This document shows positions 53,631 to 64,000 of a stretch of 64,000 nucleotides of DNA, one piece after another. The stretch comes from Bigelowiella natans CCMP2755. Its lineage: Eukaryota > Protista > Cercozoa. Position 1 is the first letter of the stretch, and every line of letters starts with the position of its first letter. Below the pieces are notes generated by a model that was given only the letters and a program-made list of their open reading frames with translations, made no database searches and was not told where the DNA came from. Where the stretch lies: contig ADNK01000140.1 in the NCBI GenBank assembly GCA_000320545.1, forward strand, positions 248,001 to 312,000, given 5' to 3'. Both the position numbers and the translations under genes were made by a program.

Positions 53631-54183
53631 GTGTGTGTGTGTGGGGGGAGGGGTATCAAATGAAGATCCGACTTTCAAATATCGGTTATGATTGTGGGTA
53701 GGGGAATGAGGGGGGGGAGGGTGTTAGGATTGCGTTTACTACGCGAAGAATGATGGTAGTCATTATCACTGGCCAACTGCATCATCATCTCTGTCATCAG
53801 TATCCATAAAATAATTTGCTAATCTCCTGTTATTCTTAATTTATACGTTGTTGTTGTTGTTGTTGTTGTTGTTGTTATCAATTGCTACTGTAGCTTCCTG
53901 GAATCTCGTTCACAATGTATATGCGAGCTAGGTATGAGAATAGTAATAGTACTAACCATGCGATAAATAATAGTATCTGATGATGTATTGTTATTGTTAT
54001 TGTTGTTGGTGGTGGTGGATCGTTGTTATTTCTTAGACAAAATCAGAATCCCAACCAGGAGGTGTGCCCAGGGTTCTCCGAAATGATGAATCAATTTATT
54101 AATGGAACGGACGACTACCGGAATGACAGGTACTACTACTACCTGCATTGTTATTTCTATTAGTAGCAGTAATAGTAGGCGAA

Positions 54184-54221
<38 letters not shown>

Positions 54222-55455
54222 AACGGATGATATCATGTAAAGACCCCGTCACGGTATGAAGAGAGAGAGAGCACCGTTATTCTGTTGTATTTGTTCTAAT
54301 CTCCTCCCCCCCCCCCTTGTTAATATTGATCATTTATTGAAAACGAATGTAATTAACAACACCATGACAGGTTCAAAATTCTTCCAACTGTACGCGAGGG
54401 CAGCTGGGTATCATGACATAATTTATAAATTAAGAGAGAAAGGGTCACCGACCTCACTCTGTGAGCGATAATCATCATTTATTCATGTGCTCTATGTGTA
54501 CATATAGATGGTCCGAAAAATGGTAGGGGCGAAACCTGCTCTTCTAGGTAATATGCATTCTTCGTTCAATTTCGTAAGATTTACTGCTAGAAGTAGTAAC
54601 AATTTTCGTCATCACCATCATCATCATCATCATCATGACGACCATTGTTTGCATCATCATCCTCTATATCCTCTGACTAGGCAAGAAGATATCTTGCACT
54701 TACAGCAAAGGTGGTCATACATATTTACCAGCAACAAGCAGAACGTTTGCCGTTGTCGTCGTCATAGTTGTTGGAGAAGAGGGAATACGAGTGAATCTTC
54801 ACTGATGACTGAACGTCTACAAAACCGCTCTCTGTTATTGTTTATCTCCCTCCCTGTTGCTGCCTTGTGCGTACTCTGTATCTTCACCAAATACCCATAC
54901 CAATTATTAAATGAATGATCGATCATCACAGGAGTGGACTACTTAGAGATCGACGTCGACATTGCCACGTCGTACGTCGCACAGAAGATATTAGGAGTCG
55001 TCCAAGGCTACGCCAAAAACCTTATCGTAATAATTGATTAAATCTATGGATAATGGTGTCTTACCATCTGCAATCGTTCAAAATCCTGCCTTTTTTTGAA
55101 AAATATGTTTCGATAGCATGCTGATGCGCAGCAAATACGTGTTTAGCATTTGCCTCCTTTCTGCATGGCCATGTAGTAGACATTGACCTTTCTTGAAATG
55201 AACCTGCAGGTGGACCTAGGATTCCTCATAGAAGGCAGGGAAGAGAAGGAATTGCCCGAGGTGAGAACTCTCAGTATGCTGAGGCTTTTCGATTCGGATC
55301 GGTGAGCGACTTTTTATGGTATTATCACTCAGGTAATGCTTGGCGCAGTGCGTTTCCATAACGTTGATCTGGGAACGATACCAAAGCTAGAAATGGAGCC
55401 TACCGTGAGCTCTCCACGGATGGCTGATCGAAATTCTGATAGCAAGAGCCTTTGA
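46708..55455 (+). CDS. PH + DEP + coiled-coil + 2 TM + EDR2 C-terminal (DUF1336) protein, ~30 exons
   Basis: PH: RMEGTLIRHSTIRQNKERYFRL...REHRFGAQNPLARVTWIKAIEK. DEP: LAQELRGKRGIRKKTHYFEYQNVKNSFKGLHVVAWLLK...RNRALDVGAELLTAG. EDR2_C: CWSQPKADEFKVRGARYL, FINGTDDYRNDRFKILP, GAKPALLGKK, YLEIDVDI, DLGFLIEGREEKELPEVMLGAVRF. The start may lie slightly upstream. Confidence 0.8.
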
Positions 55456-56043
55456 TGATGAGGAAGAGCTAGAGCTACATTTCAAGGATATAAAAACTTT
55501 ACTTACACAGCTAAAAATGAATCGAAAGGATATTACACATGGTTAGATGGGTCCAGTTCGACCTTGCTAGCTTGACTAGATGTGACTTGTGCTGCCGATG
55601 CGGACAAATGTATGATGCCTAGTTCATGCCTAACTAGCATGCTAGCATGGCTAGATGGTTACCACCTCAGAGCGTCTAATGCAATGTGCGCATCTCACAT
55701 GCACAGTCTAGTAGAGCACAGCATGCCTCGATCATCTAGTCATGCTAGAATGCAGCATGTGTGAAAAGTGCATCCATCACACCGCAGCACCATTGCTAGA
55801 TTGTGTGCTTATTGCTAGCTTAATTGCCACAACGCCGAAGCTGCTCTAGCGCTGGCTGTGCCCACGCTAGCACGGTGCCGCCCGATCTAGGATCTCACAT
55901 CATGCAGCGAAATGCGTTTTTGATGAGACAGATAAATGGGCAGACAGACAGATAGAACGAACATATTTTTTCTAACATACAAACTGTACATTCTAGCATT
56001 ATTAAAATAAAATTAGGACACAATGTCACATGTAAAGCTAGCT

Positions 56044-57755
56044 CTAGAGATCCAAATATTCGGATGACTTTCTTTTTCTTTCAGCACATCTCGAGTCTTT
56101 AGTTTCCCCCGTCTCAAAAGCATCTGAGGATGACATGTTCTCGATCTTCTGGTTACCTTCGGAATAATAGTGCTTGAACGATAATTCGCCTGCATCCATT
56201 GAGTGTGATGGCCTAGTTTTCATAGATTGTGACTGACTTATCTCATCCTCAATGTTTGTGTCAGATACATGCTCGCACTGTTCTGATTTCATCCTATTTT
56301 CGTATTCTTGAAGCTGAGCCCAGAAACCAGGATTAGGTTGTACAATTGGCCTAAGTTTCTTCAAAAAACTGTATGCAGCTTCTAAAGTCCAATTCTTGTG
56401 TTTCATCAGGAAAGCCAGAACTATAGTCGCAGAGCGAGAAACACCTTGGTAGCAATGCACTAAAATTCTGTTATTTTCACTGCGTACCTACCGGGGAATG
56501 TGTTCAAGCAAGATAGTTATTATAGTTTTATGTGTTGATTTTCGAGGAAATATGTTTTATCTATTGTACCTTCTCGATAAAAGTTATTGTCTCTGAGAAA
56601 TACTTGTCCAATCTTGTTGTGCTCATATCAGGAACATCAACATGGAGGTACTCAAATCTTATCGTAATATATCAAATTTTAGCATTCTTTTTTAAGAATA
56701 GAGAATTTAATCAAATTTGGACCTATTAGGATATAAGTTTCCAACTTCCGCAGAAAGGTTCAAAATATGGGTTATCTAGCAAGGTAAATTATAGCACTCA
56801 AAATTCATTTCAAAAAGTTCATGGAGTAATTGTAATATTGTAATTACTCTTAAATCGTCCAGATGTTTAAGAAGCCTAGCATCAGCTTCACATCCGAGGT
56901 AAAGGAAGTCCTCGATGACAATAGTTGGATACCTAGGGGAAAACAGCTATTTAAGAAAGACCCTACAACATAAAATCAAAAGTTTACCAAGGTATCAGCT
57001 TGGATTCCTGAACAAATGGGAACCTTATAAATACCATCATGGCGAATGAGTCAGGTGATTAAAGCAAAATCTCATTCAAATTTAGTTCTCACCTTCTCAT
57101 AAAGCCATCCACTCCATCCTGAAGGACACGGATTGATCGACAATTTGTCAGTATTGAAGCGAAAGCCCATGCCGGGTCATAGACTTCGCCACTACCTTTC
57201 TCACTTACAACTACGACTTCCATCATGCGTCTACGTCGGAAAGCAAGCCGATCTTTCATTGGGAGTTTTGATTCAATCTCAGTCAAAATTTCTCTTGAAG
57301 AATATACGGTATCGATATCATTCATTGCATATTTCTTGCCCGATACATCAATCGCAACAGAGCCTTTACGGTCACGAATAATACTTGAATCACGTTTCTC
57401 AAGCTGCCCAGCTTTTGATTGCAAACATTGCTGTACAACAGCGTCCAGTAGTTCTATGTTGATAGATCTTGGAAGATGTGCTTTAGAGAATGAAGATCCT
57501 ACCAAAGTCAAAGCTCCATTGTACTCATACTTAATCTAGATGAAAATGAATTATCTTTCTACCTTCTCGTACGTCCAGAATCATTAACGAACCAGCTGTT
57601 AAAATATTGAAGAGCTCGGCGCAGGTAATCCATTCAATAGCAGCCTCGGAAGGCTTCAATGATACCGATGAAGAAAGCAACCCAGATGTAGCTGAAGATT
57701 CTGCGCTTTCTTCAATAGATGAAATCGGTGCTAAACTCAGCTTGCATTTTTTCAT
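56044..57755 (-). CDS. Dual-specificity (MAPK-phosphatase-like) phosphatase with N-terminal rhodanese domain
   Basis: ITCAELFNIL...LMILDVRE, SFSKAHLPRSINI, VLQDGVDGF, PTIVIEDFLYLG, catalytic VHCYQGVSRSATIVLAFLM, and RPIVQPNPGFWAQL. Confidence 0.9.
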
Positions 57756-58594
57756 GCCTTATTGTATTAATTTTAGAAAGTAAATAACTAAAACAGATAG
57801 AAAAGGTGAATAATACAGAAAGAACAAACGCGTTGGAGTCCAGTATAGCCTTTCACTGGCGCTCTAGCCGTCGAACACAGAGCACACACAAGGTATCCAC
57901 ATTCCCTACCTTATCACACAAACAATGTCACTTTGAAGACAACTAATGATACAATACTGTCTCTTCATAATACAGTGGTGGCGACGGAAAAGTAACGTGA
58001 ACTCCTCCATACAGCGCCTGAATATTTAAAATTATGAGCATGTGAGCTAATTATGGAATTATGAATGATGGCAGAAAAGAAATGTCATTGGAAATAGAAA
58101 ATTATTGCATCGTTAGTAAAGTCAAAGACATTGATGAAGCTAGCATCGTTCTACACACATGCAAGCTGAAGAGGCCGAGTCGGGAACCCAGTTGTCGGCA
58201 ACCATGAAGCATTGTGCGAAGGACATGAGCGAATTGGAATCTGGTCTTATCTTCGCCTTGCCTATCTATGTTTTTTAAGTGATAGCAAGAGGCATCCTGC
58301 CAGGAAAAACACTCAAATTACAAGACGTTATCATCCTTACGACAACAGTCTCTGCGAACAATCAATCATAAACCGGTGGTTGGCGAACTGTTGGGCGGTC
58401 GAATGAAAGGATTTCGGTTTTTTGAGATTGTGCTGGTGGAGTAATTTTGAAAGGTAGATAGGGATTTTTATTGACGACAAGTGCGAACCTCCAAATATGA
58501 TGTGATTTTAGCAGACTGACTTTGGTAGAGTTAAGACATTAAATAGAACCACTCGTGAACTGCCGACTTTTTTTTTTTGAAGTTTAAGTCAACA

Positions 58595-60442
58595 ATGGAG
58601 CCTGATGGGGACAAGCTTCTCGAACAAGCTGTCTCGGAATTCTTGAAACGAGTTCGAACCCTTGAAGAAAACCTACCACTTTTGGAATCTGAGAAGACGT
58701 CAGACACCTCTGGTGAGAATCCAGAAAGTGGAAATTATGATAACGATGGTGATTCCGAAGAAGAGGAAGGAAATTCAGCCAAAATCGCTGACGGAAAAAG
58801 CATAAAAAATGCAGGAGATCTTCTGAGAATTGTTCGGCAGGAAGTATGCTTAGAAGATGAGGAAAAACGCCAAGGTAATGATAGTATTGTTTGGTTTATC
58901 ACCAAAAGGTTGTTTACTTTGATATTTATCAGTTGAAAAACTGAAATTGCTAATCAAAACACCATTTCTCAAAAGTGCTCTATATCACATTCCTCGGTTA
59001 CTTCCTGATGTAAAGCATACAATTTTTACTGATATGCTTTGGATAGTGAAACGAAGATAATTACTAGGCTATAGATCATATTGAAAAAATATGGAACACG
59101 GCCCTAAAGAGTTTGAAGTTCATGAAACACATAGCAGAGTATTTTAGGATGAATCCTGAAATCGTCGTGCTGCTTCTTAAGAGGTCACCACATTGCATTG
59201 TTACAATAATATGAAATATGAATACCAACATAAACTACAATACTATCAGATTAAAGAACCCGAGAATAGGTATTTGGAAGAAAGAGATTTACGATAGCTT
59301 CTGACTACGAAATATGTTTCTTGGTGCAGCTTTATCTCATGGTCGAATACTAATGGAAGCTGTTAAGCACAAAACAGTGCTTTTTTTCATTCTTAACAGC
59401 TCATTGGTACGTGCAACGTTCGAATATAATAATATAATGTGACAACATTTTATTTACTCACAAATTAATGCAGGTATGGAGAATTTTCGAAATAATCCAA
59501 AATAAGGGAACAGTGTATACAACGCAACAACAGCTGTTTGAGATATTTAGGGTAATGTTAACAAGGGAATCTACTGGGAATAAGAAGGTGGTCGCCAGAT
59601 TCTTGAAGAAAAAGTATACACAGGTTCAGTCGAAGATTTGATCGATTCAGTTTAAAGATTTGTTGAATGTCATATGATCATCTAGTTTTTCCATAAATTT
59701 AACGAGCTCCTGAATAGTTCTTATGTTGTGAAGCGCCAGTCGTTCAAGGTTTGAAGACAATTTTCAAATCGTTATGATGTGAATATATTTTGTAACATAC
59801 TTAGCTACTGTCTGAAATATTGCAAGAGACATTGAATTTCAAAGTTATGCTGGTAATAAGAAATAGAATTTACACTTCCATCCCCTCTCTCATAATTTAT
59901 CTGGATCGATTGAATCCGCATGTGGCGTTGAGTTGACCGCAGTGCATAATCGCCAATATTTATATTAATAGTGATTCTTTATGCTACGTAGAAATACATA
60001 GGGATTCCTGGAAACCTCCAAATCTGCATTAATAGTATGCTCCAAAAAGATCCAAAAGCAAAAGGAATTCGATTCGAGGCATTTCATGGTTCCGTAACCT
60101 TTATGATATATACGGTTCAGACTGAAAAATAGTTTTCCATCCGCATATAGTGTTCAAATTCTATGTTGCAAACCCCAATAAGGTGACTTTCGGAAATAAT
60201 TTCTGTATTAATGTACATAGTCTAATTCCACTCCCGTCAGCCACCAAAAATTGTGGATCTTCTCTTAAAGAATCGGGATCCATTATTGGAGGCTCTAGAT
60301 CACATGGCAACAAATGGTAATTTTTATCTGAAAAATAATTTCTTCTTCTGAAGTTCTATGCATAATGTGGTCGTGTGCACCAGATGGGATTGACTATGGG
60401 AAAGAACTTCCATTGCTGAGACGAAAACTGATGAAATTATGA
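58595..60442 (+). CDS. Mo25/CAB39-like armadillo scaffold (divergent), many short introns
   Basis: [73 protein letters not shown]. Stop at 60440-60442. Confidence 0.85.
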
Positions 60443-61274
60443 GTACCAAACAATGGTACTGCGGCTAAATTTCGCATTCAGATCTAGAGATTACCTGGTG
60501 CCCTTTCATTGTTTGCCTTCGCATTGAAAGGCTGCTGTTTCTTTCTTTCCTAGTTTCTCCCATGCGCACATGCGCATGCAATGTGCCTCCTAGTTGTGCA
60601 CAGCCTGCTATACTGCTAGCCTGTCTAGTGTCTTGCGACGGCGCAAAGCCTGTTACGTCTCTTTGATTCGTTTTTCTACATTTCACGCTTGCATTGCTAG
60701 ATTGCATGCAAGCGCTTGCTACACAGCGCACCTTGACAACCCTGCTAGCCTGCCTGCAGGTCTTCCCGTGCGAGACCTACCCATCAGCACTAGAGCATGC
60801 ACAGGCCCGTGCCGACACCATGCATCTAGACCATGGCAACATTGCACTTCCACAATGGTGCAGAGTACAAGAACTGTTTCAATCGTGCTCATGACATGTG
60901 TGTGGCTACACTTGCTGTCTAACTGTGCTGCAGCTCACCTCACAGTCTAGCAGTCTAGCAGTGCTTGTGGAACAATCACTGCAAGTGCTAGTGCTTTTGT
61001 TTTATTCGTACCTTCCTCATGACTTGCCGGAACTGTGTCGTTTCGTAGCATGGTCTAGATGCATGGTCGTCATGCAGCAAGCTGGGTAAGTACACTGTCC
61101 TAGCACATCTCTAGAACATGACATCTAGACATGCTTCATTGAGCTCACGCAACAATTCGAAGCCAACATGTTTTTAATCCATCATGGAGGAAAAAATTGC
61201 AAAGCATCTAGCAACAAAATCAGAGAACGGAAACCGTTCCGTCATTGGAAGTTTTTGCTGCCCCCATTAGCCCG

Positions 61275-61997
61275 TTATGGTGGTTTCATCTCCTCGATGT
61301 TATTCAAATAACGGCGCAATTTTGCTGCGTGACCAGGTTTTAGCCCCACACTGTCACGTAGCTCCTTCCATTCCAGTTTTTTATTCAGCTTCTTCCTTAT
61401 AAAATTTAGACCTATTTTCAGTTTCTCGAATTTAGAGTAGTAATGTTCAAGTTTCAGCTTGATTAAAATTTCCTGCAGGATGAGAACATCTTTCTTTTCC
61501 TCCTCCCTTAATTCCTTCTGGGTCTTTGACGCTATCATGCCTTTCATTCGTCTGTCTTTCATTATTCTACAATTTTTGCCTTTGTGGGAAGGCCAGTCCT
61601 GCTTTTGGCATTTCTGATCGCAATAGTACACTGACTTGCACAGAGAGCAAGCCAAGGTCTTATTTTTTTTGCCACAGAAATTACATCTTTGTCGATACCC
61701 TACTACAGCCTGCAGTTTAAAATACTCGAGGTTTAGCACTAATCGCTCAAAGATGTCAGGTTTTTCAAGTCCCTTCACAAACGAATGGAATTGGTCCCTT
61801 GACACTCTGCCTCTCCAATGGTCAGGGATCTTCAATGAGTTCAGTTCGTCGTTCAACTCTGGTATAAAACTTTGGATCTGGGTTTTTGTTAGGATCTTGT
61901 CCTCTTCAAAGTACTGTAAACAGTAGTCGTACAGAGTCTCTGCAATTTGTATTACCCCCAGCTTGAACCAGGGAAGGTCCGGTTGCCTTGCCAGCAT
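61275..61997 (-). CDS. MYND zinc finger + SAM-like domain protein (single exon)
   Basis: CNFC...CSLCKSVYYCDQKCQKQDWPSHKGKNC; C-terminal LQEILIKLKLEHYYSKF...ELRDSVGLKPGHAAKL is SAM-like. Confidence 0.8.
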   Translation of the reverse strand: MLARQPDLPWFKLGVIQIAETLYDYCLQYFEEDKILTKTQIQSFIPELNDELNSLKIPDHWRGRVSRDQFHSFVKGLEKPDIFERLVLNLEYFKLQAVVGYRQRCNFCGKKNKTLACSLCKSVYYCDQKCQKQDWPSHKGKNCRIMKDRRMKGMIASKTQKELREEEKKDVLILQEILIKLKLEHYYSKFEKLKIGLNFIRKKLNKKLEWKELRDSVGLKPGHAAKLRRYLNNIEEMKPP

Positions 61998-62215
61998 TTA
62001 TTTTTCCCATGAATTCTGTGTCTTCCTTTGGAAGTCGCACGATAAGAATTACCTATGTTCTTGTCCGTTTTTAGACAATCATCCATGACGTAAAATGAAA
62101 TGGATCTCCTCGTAGGATCTCCTGACATATGTGCATGTACATATCTCAGAGATATCTCAGAGACATCTCTTGGAGTTGGTTGGTAGGACCGACTGCCAAC
62201 CACACCACTTCTCCA

Positions 62216-63958
62216 ATGCTGCCACGATGCCGACCACCGCTGCTCGACCGACTTCACGTTTCGCAGAGCATGGCTCCACGAAGACTACATAGATTCCTCA
62301 TCCACTGCAGTGCTACGGAGAAGAAAGACTTGGAACGCTCGGTGCCCGTCGTGATCATTGGGTGAGACAATCGATCGCTTGTCTTCGAACGAGCAAATCG
62401 CACTCATTGCTTTCTGCATGTACAAATAAATTTAGCGGCGGAACAGTTGGAAAATGCCTGTCAGTTATGCTCTCTCGGCTAGGAGTAGACACGTTACTTG
62501 TCGAACAGCAGTCACGAACTAAGGGGGAGAATGGCAAAGAGCCTCCGCACTCTCATCCAAGGGCCCACGTCCTGCACACGCGTACCATGGAGATTCTCAG
62601 AGAGCTGGGTGAGTCGCAAGGAGGGGGAGAGAAATCTCTTGCCTTTGCATTGAATCAACGGAATAGATTATAGCGAGTGGGATGTGTCGCCTTTGCATAA
62701 AATGAACGAGGACCAAAGGGATCCTATGTTATCTGGAAAAATGATGACTGAATGCGGTGTGTATCTGCCGTTCTGATAGGACTGGAACAGAATGTACACC
62801 ACCGAGCTCCACCGCTATCTCAGTGGCGGCATTTCCGGTCGCAAATTCGTTCATCACACTTTCACTTGACACAGACTCAAATGCACATACGCAGACGCAT
62901 TTTTACTACAACCATGATTGTGCAAGCTCGAGTTTGCGAAGAAGAGCGTAACATTCCCCCTCATAAACGATGTAACCCTGCTGACAGATATGGAGAGTCG
63001 ATTCTTGGTGAGGAATTTGGAGCTGTGGATTTTTACAAAGGTTGTCGTTGGCTATGGGAAGAAAATCGAACGCACAGGAATGGAAATGACGATGATGATA
63101 TAGACGATCATATCGACGACAACAGCATCACGTGTGATGGATGTCAGTCGCCATGATTATTTACTTCACGTCTATCTCCCGTCAAGTTGGGGCTGCTCAC
63201 TGTCCGAAACAACTACTCCTTACACATTCATCTTGCTTTTTCCAAAAAAAGGGCACACTGCTAAATGGTTACGAGCTGCGAGTCCTGCGACTCTTTCGCA
63301 CCTGTCTCAGCCCATGTAAGTTGTCTAGTAATAATCGTATTTCATTCACTCACAAATACGTTGGGTGGGTATCATCGGGATGTTACCATTTCCTCATTCT
63401 TTTTCCTTCGAAACTAAAGTCTCGACGAGATCTTGGGAGAAGTTATTGACGACGAGAGCCGATTTCCTGGGGAGATACGGAGACTCGAGGGATATCGTGG
63501 GACGAGGTTGATCACACTTATGCTATTTTGCGTAGTTTCATCATTATAGTCCGTCATCAAACAAGAACCAACAATATCAAGGTTTGAGTTCATAAACGAA
63601 GAAGACGGCGAGGAGAAGCAAGATCAATGCCTCGACGATGATGGAGCTTTAAGCTGTGGTCGAGAGGGACTACAACCAGCACCTGCAGCATCAGCAGTAT
63701 CAGCTTCAAAGGTAGGAATACGAGGGGGGAGAAAACGGGTGGCTGTGACCCTGACACCATCCTCATCCTCATCGTCATCGTCAAAATTAACAACTTCCGA
63801 GACAACAACAATTTCGTGCGACTTCTTGGTCGCTGCTGACGGGGCAAACAGCGCCTTCAGGACTCAATTAGGCATCAACTTAGAAGGTAGCAGAACAAAT
63901 GGATGCAACTATAGTTTATCATCGTTGGCAAAGAATTTTCAATCATTCCTCACCTCAT

Positions 63959-63997
<39 letters not shown>

Positions 63998-64000
63998 CAT
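62216..64000 (+). CDS. FAD-dependent monooxygenase (FAD_binding_3, 2,4-dichlorophenol hydroxylase-like); 3' end outside window
   Basis: VPVVIIG|GGTVG Rossmann motif, HPRAHVLHTRTMEILRELG, HLSQP and CDFLVAADGANSAFRTQLGI; Arg-rich N-terminal presequence. Confidence 0.85.

Noticed and set aside
180-54918. Many short ORFs with YIYI, ERER, HTHT, CVCV, poly-I or poly-M runs
   Set aside because: Translations of intronic microsatellites.
4982-64000. Biosynthetic gene cluster (GT25, hydrolase, 2OG enzyme, FAD monooxygenase)
   Set aside because: The genes are far apart, interspersed with housekeeping genes and predicted for different compartments; no PKS, NRPS or terpene core is present.

Overview
Eukaryotic nuclear DNA with dense genes, GT-AG introns and many microsatellites. 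It is most consistent with a chlorarachniophyte alga such as Bigelowiella. That is an inference from a green-algal CP29/Lhcb4 gene and several other genes carrying signal-peptide plus transit-peptide leaders. I assembled about 20 spliced genes by hand from exon reading frames, so exon boundaries are predictions. In order: the 3' end of an AADAT-type aminotransferase, a class-3 lipase, a GT25 glycosyltransferase, USP14/Ubp6, two orphan plastid-targeted genes flanking a CGL160-like gene, LHCB4, a DUF3431 protein, a plastid alpha/beta hydrolase, RBMX2, a PHD/C2HC/CCCH repeat protein, an unknown gene, a signal-peptide Fe(II)/2-oxoglutarate enzyme, a PH-DEP-TM-EDR2_C protein, a rhodanese-DUSP, a Mo25-like gene, a MYND-SAM gene and the 5' part of an FAD monooxygenase. 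The best candidate for a new system is the highly fragmented Fe(II)/2OG gene (39497-45805, minus strand). It is essentially invisible in the ORF track, and its metal motif reads H-N-A rather than H-x-D/E, the hallmark of SyrB2-type radical halogenases. A second pattern is that TGCA/CATG/CTAG-rich tracts follow gene 3' ends but are absent from head-to-head promoters. No rRNA, tRNA or CRISPR array was recognised.
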